A DNA stretch of 64,000 nt from Octopus sinensis (lineage: Eukaryota), in assembly GCF_006345805.1 (NCBI RefSeq), contig NC_043000.1, positions 69,068,001 through 69,132,000 of the forward strand, written 5' to 3'. The translations under genes and the position numbers were made by a program. Positions 26,795 to 37,923 of this stretch are shown here, in pieces (position 1 is the first letter of the stretch; the number at the start of each line of letters is the position of its first letter). The notes under the pieces are model-generated. The model made no database searches, was not told where the DNA came from, and was given only the letters and a program-made list of their open reading frames with translations.

Positions 26795-27399
26795 TATCAT
26801 ACTATTAGCTTTTGGCAGTCTTGCTAACTTTGTTTCCTCATAACTATTTGGAGAAAAAAATGTTTCTGAAGGTGAAGATTATTATCATGCTTTTGGAAAT
26901 TAATTTTTAAAATTGCAAACAATAAAAAAAAAGATGTCCATATCTTTATAAGTATTCAACAACCGATGGCCATTACACAACATAAATCTGTGATATTATT
27001 CTGATTATTATTAATGTAAAACTGTTAGACATGACAATATTTCTGTGTTTACGTTTAGCTTACAATACAAGTTGAAAGTATTTGGTCCTGAAATAATTAA
27101 CCCTACTACAGTTCAAATCAAAAGAGTTCTAGATAATATCCTGCAATGCACTCTGTTACTCTTATCTCACTCTATTATGTTGTGCAACAACCATGAGTAA
27201 TTAAAGAATAAAACAGGCACAAACTTCTTTCCTTTCTGAATATAAAAAAATCTTTTTAGTTTCATCAACACAATAAAAAAATACACATTCGAAAATGCAT
27301 CTCTATAAAATTTTTTTAATGAAATATGCATTTAGAAAAAAGTGAGTGGGGTACTAAAATGTTAATATACCTAGCTTTGGTTACTTCTTTTGGTAATAC

Positions 27400-28450
27400 A
27401 TAGTCCTTAGAACATATTATTGCCCCTTTAAAACTAAAATTTTATTGTTAATGTAGCAGTAAATATTTTAAATTCTGTTGTATTTCTTCATTAAGATGCT
27501 ACTAAATAATACCTTCTCTACTTCAGCATTAGAATGGGACAAATTATTGTCAAAATAGCAAACTCTGCAACTTCGAATAGCTTTATTTAGATAAATCTTA
27601 TACAGGATCATTCTCACTCCAGAAATTTACAATATCTTTGTTGTAGATCTAATTAATATTTTTATACTGGTTTGATCGAATGAAATGCTTCTATGAATTC
27701 AATTAAAAAAGCAGTTAGTTGCTTGTTTCATAGAAGAATTTTTTCAACCAGCTATAATGATGCATTCCTTAAGATCTTCAATTGGTGAAAAATATACAGA
27801 AGAAACTACAAATGTTTTTCTTAGATGTATTTCTTCATGTCTTATTGCTGTGTAATCTTTCAGTCATTGAATATTATTGGAAGAGATGAGTTAATTCATC
27901 CTGTTTGTGGGGCTTTTTTGTCTTGTACTTTCCATACTTTCCCTAAAACTGGATAAAGAGAAGGATGATTAGATTTTTTTTCATCGTTACAGATATCAGC
28001 AAAAATTTCTGATGTATGTAAGATGAAGAGCTGACCAAAATTTTAAACTCAATATTTCTGAAGTATAAAACACTTTCATTCAGTCTCATATACCAAAGTG
28101 GGTTCTTAACTCAAACTATTATGATCTGATGCATCCAACAGTAGACTCAATGGAAACTCATCTTGTTTTACAGTCAGCCGAAATTTTCAAGTGATTTTCC
28201 ATCAATTATAACTTCATGTAGCTTTTTATATGACAGCTATATATATATATATATATTTGTCTTTGGGATGATAAAGAAAATCACTTGTATGTCTTAGAGA
28301 TAAGGATGCATTTGAAGCTGCTAATTGAAGAGATTGACACACATCTCATTAAGATAAGTGATGGAATTTCTCTTTTAAGTGACATCTTTATGCCACTACC
28401 ACACTTGTTATAAGTGCCAACTGCTATAAGCTATGTAATATCAATTTTTT
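27400..28450 (-). mobile_element. Heavily decayed hAT transposase
   Basis: With frameshifts the minus strand reads KREIPSLILMRCV(C)QSLQLAAS (CxxH region), DEKNLIILLFI and AEFAILTII...SHSNAEVEKV.FS (hAT C-terminal dimerisation region). Confidence 0.65.
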
Positions 28451-28789
28451 CTTCTTTTTTAATTCAGTTCACTTGCTAGAAGTTCAACAATACATATTTC
28501 AAGCACACAAAACTGAAATATGTTGAAAATATTTTCCCTTCATTTTTGGCTAAAATAAATCACTGCAATATCAAAGATGCAATCTGACTCGCCCCAAAAC
28601 AAGTCTCATGTACCATTCATTAAATCCTTTTCAAAATGTCGGCTCCATGTATTCTTCATAATTGCAGAACATTTACTTCTATGCAGTTTTAATTGTGAGG
28701 TTGTTTTACAATGAATTACATTTTAAAGCATGTCCATTACAGGGTTACAATTATTTAAGACAAACAAGCCACAACAAACAATATGGGTT

Positions 28790-29050
28790 TTTGTGGATCT
28801 AGTTAAACTGATTCACAAAATCAGCCCCCTTTAATTTTGTTCAGATTGCTTTCACTTTTGGTGTATTGATGCAACTCTGAATTTTGATTACAATCAACCA
28901 ATTACTTTATCTTGTAAATTAAAGAATCTGATGTTATTTGGAATTAAAGTTGGGAAATTTGGGTAATTTTAGCCAATCAACAGACAATGAGGCATTAACA
29001 GCTTGTTACCATGACAACCACACGTTGTGTTGTGTTTCACTTCACCTGCG
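28790..29050 (+). repeat. Dispersed repeat; reverse-complement copy at 54570-54835
   Basis: gatgcaactctgaattttgattac...aaagaatctgatgtt...ggcattaacagcttgttaccatga...ttgtgtttcacttcacc present in both copies. Confidence 0.85.
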
Positions 29051-29065
29051 TCTATACTGCTTGTG

Positions 29066-29607
29066 AAAATTTTTCCCATGAGAGTTTCTGATCCCAGTAA
29101 TGAATCCATTTGCATACAGCCAATCAGAGCTCACCTTGACCATGTCAAGTTAACAAACACATTCTACCAAGTAAACTCAAGGTGAAGAACAGTGTTGTAA
29201 GTCAATCGATCGCAAAGTTATGCCTGATTTTAGAAAGAGACAAGTAATTAGATAGATTTGCATCTATACCTTTTATCAGATTTTGTTAGGGCCTCATATG
29301 GTAAAGATATGGATGAGAAAAATGTGGGTGGAGGGTGATGTGCTAGCAACCCTCTCCCCTTACTGTTTCAGAAAGTAAACAACAACACAAATAACTATGC
29401 AGAGACAGCCATGGATGAACCAAGAACAAGAACACAAGCATTATCAAAAGAGAATAGAAGCATGGTCATTCCTTACCCAAATGACCTTATTTTATTGCCC
29501 ATCACTTGTTATGCGTTCATAAGTTAGTTTAATAGTTGAGCTCTGATTGGCTGTATGCAAATGAGTTCATAACTGGGGTCCAGAACGCTTGTGGGAAAAA
29601 AAATTTT
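29066..29607. repeat. About 70-bp inverted repeat (29066-29133 and 29537-29607) carrying an octamer and CCAAT box
   Basis: ccatttgcatacagccaatcagagctca versus tgagctctgattggctgtatgcaaatg; third copy at 37602-37658. Confidence 0.85.
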
Positions 29608-31149
29608 GCATGCCACATGTTGTACTGTGTTGATTCTTCACACCACGAAATTCATTTCACCTGCGCATTTTGTTCTAATTTTTCTGTGGAGTGATACAGA
29701 TAATTTGACATTATTTTAAAATTCTGCATGCAAAAACATGTAAGATACAAGTATTCTTTTTCTTGGGACAAATTCTTTGTTGATCAGTGTTATTCTTATT
29801 GTAGTTTACGAATTCAAGCATGAAAATATTACTCAATTTTTGAGTGACAAATATATTAATATACAAACTTTTAAAAAATATTAAAAATATAAAAAAACAC
29901 TATGGAAATCAATGAAGAGACAAAAGAAACAATAAGATGATACATGTTGACTTTATTAGGTAACAGATCATTGCACAGATGCTAAACTATAAATTTCACA
30001 GGGTAGAACCTTAAAGTTGACACCGTTACAATGCAGAATATTTTTGTTGCACTATTGGCTAAAAATACACAGTTTTCCCAATTTTTAAACCTTGTGACTT
30101 TTACCTCAATTTTCTTTTTCTCCACAAGATCATGGGTTTACAGCAAAAAGAGTGGAAAACTACATCAGTATAACCGATTTTTAGATTTTTTACATCCTTT
30201 TAAAAAATGTAGACTCTGCCAATCTAACTAGATCCGGTATTTCTTTCAAATAAAAATACTGTGTCGCATCTTCATAAACTTGGACCATACTAGATAAAGC
30301 AAACTTTATTATATCTAGTATTAGAGTTTCAGTGATATTAATGAGTTTTAGGGTCTTTTGTGATTAATCACAACAATTGGCATTTATCTTAGTCCTGTAT
30401 GTACTGCACCATATATCAATTCTCTGCTGAAGTCTTGTTTACATTTCTTTATCTTTGGAATTACGGTTTAGAGAAATTGCATATTTTAAACATTACTTTA
30501 GCACAACAACATGTCGCTGAGTTATCAGGAATCATAGAAAAGTGTTGGTACTGTGCTAGTGAGTGCCAGTTAATTGTATCTAATTCATTACTTATTCGTA
30601 ACAAAGATAAACAATGTGTCACTCACAGCGAAATTTATCTGCTTATGCGCATAAAGTATTTATTGATGCCAACTTAGTTTACCTTACAGTTAATTTGACA
30701 GTTCACAATTTTGTATTTTTTCACTTCTTTTTAATTCCTTTTGCTCCAAAGAGGAGCCAAAACTGCCATCAGTGAAAGCTATAGATCAAGAACACTATCT
30801 TTACTTTTTATTTTCTTAACATTTATACACTAGATGGAATCAAATAGGTGAAAAAGAAAAAACTTTTAAGACTTATAAGAACGATTGAATGTTAAAATCT
30901 ATATAAAAATACCGAATGTTAAAAATACTGAAATAATTTCAACAAAACTTATTTTCCAATGTTTGAAGTTGACTCCAAAAGTGAAAGAAATAGTCTTCAC
31001 ATTACCATATACAAATGGCAAAGGTAATCCCCCTCTATCCTGAGCATTTATATGAAAGATCGGAATTAATTACTCAGTAACAGTGAACTTCAAGTGAAAT
31101 GCATTGTTTTAGTTTTACAAACAAATTGATATGCATAATAAAATAATTA

Positions 31150-31399
31150 CGCAAGTATCGCTGCATGGGCAAGAAACTGGCTTCGCAACTACGAGCTTTT
31201 GGATTCAGTCCCACTGCGTGCCACCTTAGAGTAGGTGTCTTCAACTATATCCCTGGGTCGACCAATGACTTATGAGTGAATTTGGTAGATGGAAACTATG
31301 TGAAGCCCGTCGTATGTATGTATTGTGTGTGTGTGTGTGTGTATGTATGTGTGTGTGTATGTGTGTGTGTGTATGTATGTGTGTGTGTGCGCGTCCTTG
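31150..31399 (+). mobile_element. CORE-type SINE 5' half ending in a TG/TATG microsatellite
   Basis: ggattcagtcccactgcgtgccacctt...gatggaaactatgtgaagcccgtcg. Confidence 0.8.
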
Positions 31400-31401
31400 T
31401 A

Positions 31402-32683
31402 CGAGGGACGTTCAATAAGTAATGCCTCTGAACCACTTGCAGTTGTTTGATCTAGCTGAAATTTTGCATGTGCAATCATTTATATCTCTATAAAGTAAGT
31501 GGCAAATTACAGCTCTGAATTAATTGTGGTTTCTGATTTACAGGTGTTTGAACCGAGTCAAGTGTGAAATGGAGCCTGTTGAGTGTCGAGTAGTGATCCG
31601 GTTTTTGTATTTGAAAGGACGCACACCACGGGAGACTTTTGATGAAATGAAAGTAACTTATGGTGATGATGCCCCATCATATGACCTTGTAAAACGCTGG
31701 CATCGTGAATTCAAACATGGTCGGAATTCTGTGGAAACAGCTCCTAGATCTGGTCGCCCCCTTCTGCCATTGATGAGGCATCTGTCCGTCAAGTTGAGGC
31801 TGCCATTTTGGAAGATCGACGCATAATTATTCGCCAAATAGCCCATGAGGTCAAGATTAGTACTGGGTCTGTGGAAACTATCATTCATGACCATTTGCAT
31901 ATGCAAAAGGTGTCTGCCAGATGGATTCCCAGGTTGCTCACGCCTTTCCAGAAACAAGAACACGTCGAGTGCTCGAGGGTGAATTTGGAGATGTGCCAAG
32001 AAGATGAGTCAAAATTTTTCAAAAGACTGATTAAACAGGATGAAACCTGAGTCCATCACGATGATCCAGAGACCAAAGCCCAGTCAATGCAGTGGAAGCA
32101 CTGTGACTCACCCCCTCCAAAGAAGGCAAGAGTGCAGCCCTCCGCTGGCAAGGTCATGCTCACAGTCTTCTGGGACCAGGACGGAGTAGTGATGACAGAT
32201 TTCCTGGCAAAGGGTACCACAATTGCAGGAGCCTATTATGCTTCACTTTTGAGGAAATTAAGAGAAGTTATTAAAATCAAGAGGCGGGGCAAGATCAGCA
32301 AAGGCATCCTCCTCCTGCAGGACAACGCTCCGGACCACAACTCGCTTGTCGCCAGATCAGAAGCACAGGCGTATGGCTATGAACTCCTCCCCATCCCCCT
32401 ACTTTCCTGACCTTGCACCCTCTGATTTTCACCTCTTCCCAATCATGAAGTTGTTTTTGAAAGGAAAGCGTTTCCCAGATGATGCAGCCTTGATTTCTGA
32501 AGTTGAGGTTGGAGGACCAAGCTGGATTCTACAAAAACGGTCTCCAGAGCCGCATCAAACGATGGGAGAAATGCGTAACTCTGGGTGGTTCCTATGTAGA
32601 AAAAGACTAATAACTGTGCCAAGTTTCGTTGCTCTACTGCTATGGGAAGTGGGTCAGGGACATTACTTATTGAACGCCCCTCG
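31402..32683 (+). mobile_element. Near-complete mariner (D,D34D) transposon, transposase pseudogenised
   Basis: 23-bp TIRs cgaggg(a/g)cgttcaataagtaatg, TA on both sides. Transposase runs 31569-32610 across about 3 frameshifts and 1 stop, with WIPRLL, QDET, QDNA and YFPDLAPSDF. Confidence 0.96.
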
Positions 32684-33177
32684 TATTTGTGTTTTTGTTT
32701 TAGTCGAAGATAAGCTACATCGACAACTTTGTTGAAAAATGTCTGTCGTTTCACCAGTTTGTTTTAAAGACAACCCCAAAATTTTGATCATTATTGGATT
32801 TATCTCGCTTTCTCACTATTTAAAATTTTTTCATCCTTAAGACGGGAGTTATTGTTGACTATTTGGATAATATTAGTTGATCGAAGTCATTCAACCAGTT
32901 ATTTTACAAAGGTAAAACCGTAGGTGTATGATTTGCATGCAGAACACTCTCTTGAGGTTTTATCCCTCAGCAATTTCGTATACTATGTATTTAATTGAAT
33001 CAATTAAGTACATAACTTCATTTTTTATAATTCAGACAAGTGAAAGGTAAAAGTCGATCCTGGTAGAATTTAATATTAGAATAATTAAGATAGCGAATTA
33101 TTTTCAGTAAGCCGGTATTGCAGACTTCAACTGTTTCAAAACGTGACAGTTTAGAATAATATAATTTGGTAAATCTT

Positions 33178-33572
33178 CAGTTAAGGGATATTAAAAAAGT
33201 AAACAAAAATTAAGGGGGAGATGACCAGTAAAGGGACGTAAATAAGTCAACTTACAGTTAACATAAATACTGTAGGAAGGTAACATGGCGAATTAGAATT
33301 TTCGCACGTGTATAAATTCATAATTAGTTGACACCGTACCAACCACTGATAAACTTTGTCTCGTGATTCGGCTAACTAGGTGATATTCCAAGATTGATTC
33401 GCGATTGAGGATTTCAATTTCAGAAACAATGAATTGCGGTCCTTCTAGTGGTCCACGTTCTTGTAATCAATTTCAAAGTAAATAATATCCAGTATTTATG
33501 TTGACTTATTTATGTCCCTTTACTAGTTATCTCCCTCTTAATTTTATTTACTTTTTTAATATTTCTAAACTG
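33178..33572. mobile_element. Fold-back MITE with about 85-bp imperfect TIRs
   Basis: atattaaaaaagtaaacaaaaattaagggggagatgaccagtaaagggacgtaaataagtcaac mirrored at 33490-33572. Confidence 0.75.
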
Positions 33573-33959
33573 AACAAAATTTTTATTGGTCAATGCTTAT
33601 GCAAGGTTTAGTATTACGATAATTTGATGGAAAAGAAATAAACCTGTATGTGTTTGTTGCGAAATTATCCGTTAAAAAAAAAACTACATATAATAGACCC
33701 TTTTTTTCTTTCTGTGTAACACCAGCAATGCAAGTCTCTTTTGACTTAATAACATTTAACTCAAATTGTTAAAAGTTCGTTCCGCCAAAAGTTTTGATGT
33801 TCAGCAGTGGTTCTCAACCGAGGTCCATATGGCCCCCGAGGGTCCATATACGATTTTGGGGGTCCACGCCATAAAATAATAAATTGGGGAGCCACAACAG
33901 TATTATAAGGGTTCCTGAAAAATTTTTGCTTTAGAGGCAATGACAGGAGACCGAGACCT

Positions 33960-34590
33960 TTGGAGATATGCTGTGATTGAAAAGACCCGGCAACTAAAGT
34001 GAGATCGCAGCCACACACGTCTGGCCCAGTTAAGAGTACCCCTGATGCGTCGGGCGATATGATATGCTTGAGAAGACCTGTTGAGCCAAGTAAAACCAAT
34101 ATAGTAACTGTGGCCAGTGCCCCCTGACTGGCTCCCATGCCGGTGGTACGTAAAAAGCACCATCCGAATGTGACCGATGCCAGTACCCACTGGCTGGACC
34201 CCGTGCCGGTGGCACGTAAAAAGCAGTATCTGAACATGATCGACACCAGGACTGCCTGACTGGCCTCCTCGCCTGTGGCACGTAAAAAGTACCATCCGAA
34301 CGTGGCCGGTGCCAGTACCCACTGGCTACCCCCGTACCGGTGGCACGTAAAAAGCACCATCCGAACGTGATCGATGCCAGGCCCGCCTGACTGGCTCTTG
34401 TGCTGGTGGCATGTAAAAAGTACCCACTACACTCTTGGAGTGGTTGGCGTTAGGAAGGGCATCCAGCTGTAGAAATTTTGCTAGATCAAGACTGGAGCTT
34501 GGTGCAGCCGCTGACTCTCCAGATCTCAGTCAAACCGTCCAACCCATGTCAGCATTGAAAACGGACGTTAAACGATGATGATGATGTATT
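33960..34590 (+). mobile_element. RTE-type 3' UTR element with five 65-66-bp internal repeats and (GAT)n tail
   Basis: GGTGGCACGTAAAAAGCACC-like cores at 34142, 34208, 34274, 34339 and 34405, then the shared tail. Confidence 0.85.
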
Positions 34591-35110
34591 TATTGATATG
34601 TATTGCAAGAAACAACTAGATTTCTTTCTTTAGCATTTTACATAGTTCAATCTACACGAATTAATATGTGGAAACAACATAGGAATTTTGAAAGAAGTTT
34701 CTATAAAACTAGTTTTTAAACATTGAATGGCTATGGGGAATCGACCACAGTACTTTTTTTTGAAAGCCTGGCGCTTAGTCTATGGCCCTCCTTTGCTGTA
34801 AAGAAGCGAATACCGTAAAGAAGCTATAAAGAAGCCAACAGCTTCCTTGATTTTCTCTCAAGATTCGAAATCGAATCTAGATTTTTCTACGAGTTCCTTT
34901 CTTGGAATTTGCACTAGGAAATTTATGAGGGTCAGCTGTTCCATTCAGTTAAGTTCTATTCATTAACTATTTCAAGTCAAAGTTAGGTGATAGGAGATAA
35001 CAGATGAATAATCTTTTATTTAACCTGACCTAATTTAGTGAGGAAAAGTATAAATACAGAACCTAAATTCAATTCTTCCTCCTTTCATTTGGTGCCAGTG
35101 GAAGAAACAT

Positions 35111-35408
35111 CGGTACTATTTGGCGTGTAATCTACAATTCAAAGGGAGATTACTTTAGGCTATTTTTTTTTTTTTTAGGTTACTTTGTGTTATTGTTACA
35201 ATCTGTGTGATCTACGTAAGCAAATTTATTCTGGTAGGTGATCTACGCGCTTATTTTAATTATAGGGTTTTCTTATCAAAATTGTCAGAATTTTGAAAAA
35301 AAACCCCAAACAAACAAAAAAACATTCACAATGCTAAGTATGTACAAAACAAATAAAAAAGTATCCTAAAGTAATCTCCCTTGTAGATTACACGCCAAAG
35401 TGGCACCG
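35111..35408. mobile_element. MITE with about 50-bp TIRs and an apparent 6-bp TSD (AAACAT)
   Basis: cggtactatttggcgtgtaatctac...gggagattactttagg mirrored at 35358-35408; aaacat at 35105-10 and 35409-14. Confidence 0.75.
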
Positions 35409-35684
35409 AAACATCTCATGCGAGTGTTACACAACTTTCACTATTTCTACTGGTCAACATAGATAGGGAGATTCTTTTACCTCTTCTCTCTCTCAGTTTC
35501 ATCTTTTCTCCAAGTAGTCAACAAAAGATTAACATAACTATCTAAAGAATAGACAGAAGGATTGCAGATAATCTGTGAATAACAACAGCACAAAGAAGTT
35601 GTATCTTACATAGTAACAACAAAAGAAAAGCCATTTTCATTAATATTCTTTTCCTGTCATTCTTTGCTACATATTATCGTTACG

Positions 35685-35710
35685 CATACATACATACATA
35701 CATACATACA

Positions 35711-35742
<32 letters not shown>

Positions 35743-35855
35743 CATACATATATACATACATACATACTAACATACATACATACACACATACATACATACA
35801 TACATACATACATACATACATACATACATACATACATACATACATACATACATAC
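35685..35855. repeat. (CATA)n microsatellite
   Basis: Direct read. Confidence 0.97.
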
Positions 35856-36365
35856 CGCAATAAGATGTAAACATGATAGACCTGACATAGTAATTTGGGA
35901 TAGAGAAGAGAAACTATGAACAGTTGTGGAAATCAGCTGTCCAGTGGATGTTAACATAAAGCTAAGGATCAGCGAAAGAAAAAATATGCACGCTGAACTA
36001 CCACTGCTCTGTACAGATTACAGTTCAGGTTTATACCTGTAATTCTTGGGGCACTGGGATATGTAAGACACTGCCTAAAAACCAGTTTTGAAAAATTAAA
36101 TTTTTCAGAGCCAAAAAGAAGAAAGCTGATTCGAAGACTACAAATCCAAGCCATCACAGGGACTGTAAAAATCTGTAAAACCGTTTAGACATGCAACTTT
36201 ATGAATGAGAATACATACATAAAACAAAACATACAAATCTGCACATATACATACAAAACTACCCTGTTGATGTTGTTGAAGTTCCAATGAAGGATCCTTT
36301 GATCTAGGTTAAAACCTGGCTCTTTCTCTGTTGGTTAGAAATCTTGAAATAAAACTGAACAATGG
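35854..36365 (+). mobile_element. 5'-truncated non-LTR retrotransposon with restriction-like endonuclease (R4/Dong-like)
   Basis: Translates KHDRPDIVIWDREEKL*TVVEISCPVDVNI...FIPVILGALG...LQIQAITGTVKICKTV* (PD-(D/E)xK RLE); (CATA)n on both sides. Confidence 0.8.
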
Positions 36366-36862
36366 CATACATACATACATACATGCATATGTCTACTTCA
36401 CGCCTATTTTTAAACTCATGATTACCTGTGTGTACGTTTGTAAGTGTGCGTGTGTGTGTGTGTGTCTGCGTGCGTGCGCGTGTATGTGACATCCTATCAC
36501 TGTCTGTCTTGTTACTTTTGTAGGGTCTTCTTTGTTGCTTTTACATATTGCGAAATTTTAAAATTACGTCAAAATGTTCAAATTTAGTATATTGAAATAA
36601 TTTTCCACGTTAAATCCAATTTTGCTATCTATTTGTTCCAGAAAAATGTTACTGAGCTTTAAAGTTTAACCAATTTAACTAATCAGATTTGGAAGCTGGC
36701 GTTTTCTACATGATAGCTGTCTATCACAGAATGAAAGCAAAATCATTAGAAGGAGGAATTTTTATAAAACAAATGAGAGCAAAGCATTGCAACGACCTAA
36801 GTTGTAAGGACTTTATTGAATAAAGTCATGTGAAACAGTCCAACTGACATGTAAATAATTTA

Positions 36863-36895
<33 letters not shown>

Positions 36896-37047
36896 CTCAA
36901 CGAAGCTTTCTTGCGAAAAATTGCACAAATCTGTCCTGATCAAGAGACCTATCCGTCGGGGAAGGCATGGCCTGACATGGAATAAACAAAAAATTATGTA
37001 AGACATTCGGTTGTAAAAATTGCTTGGCAACGACGGGTTATTCAGTT

Positions 37048-37152
37048 AGTACATACATACATACATACATGCATACATGCATACATGCATACATGCATAC
37101 ATACATACATACATACATACATACATACATACATACATACATACATACATAC
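37048..37152. repeat. (TACA/TGCA)n inside a minus-strand CORE-SINE fragment
   Basis: Followed by gacgggattctttcagtttctgtc...ccactcacaag, the reverse complement of the SINE body. Confidence 0.85.
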
Positions 37153-37764
37153 GACGGGATTCTTTCAGTTTCTGTCTGCAATATCCACTCACAAGTGTTT
37201 GTTGGCCCTGAGGCGAAATTTTTTCCTGTTTCCTGACTGGGTGAAAATGATCAAACTTTAAACCTCTATAACTTTTTAAAAAACATTTTCCTGGAAAAAA
37301 TGAAATAACTCTAACAATTTAGTTTAGGTAAGGGTATTATTGTGCTAACGTTGGAGTAACCAGTGAACAATGAAGGATCAATACCAAAATGCAAGAAATA
37401 TTATTTACATATATTTATTCGTTTGCCTGACAGGTAGTTAGAGAGACAGTAGTACTTGTTGTGATAGTAAAAGTTTTTCGATAGTGACAAAAAGGTTGCT
37501 GTCTGCCAGTTGGCGAAGAAGTTGCTGTGTGCCAGTAGAGAGGGAAAGAGTAAGGAATGCACGGTGCTGACTAGAAATGAAGAAAAGATAAAGGTGGCTC
37601 TGCTCTAATTGGCTGTATGCAAATGAGTTCATTACTGGGGTCGTGGGAAAAAACTTTTGCGGCCCAGAGCTATAGCGGAAGATGCTTGCCTAAGATTTCA
37701 TGCATTGGGAATGAACCCGGAGCCATGTATAGGAAGAACATTTTTAACCACACAACTACACCAG

Positions 37765-37808
37765 CTCCTCTCTCTTTCTCTTTCTTTTTTTTCTCTCTCT
37801 TTCTCTTT

Positions 37809-37868
<60 letters not shown>

Positions 37869-37879
37869 GCACATTCGTA

Positions 37880-37921
<42 letters not shown>
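37765..37921. repeat. (CT)n then (CA)n microsatellites
   Basis: Direct read; explains the four overlapping ORFs at 37617-37996. Confidence 0.95.

Positions 37922-37923
<2 letters not shown>

Noticed and set aside
31569-32610. Domesticated SETMAR-like gene
   Set aside because: Frameshifts and a stop, TIRs directly flanking, no SET exon.
33761-34360. 199-aa repetitive minus-strand ORF
   Set aside because: Produced by the 66-bp (multiple-of-3) repeat array on the antisense strand of the retroelement tail.
34142-34425. CRISPR-like array (20-bp repeats every 66 bp)
   Set aside because: Spacers are homologous to each other, the array lies inside an RTE-type 3' UTR, the context is eukaryotic and there are no cas genes.
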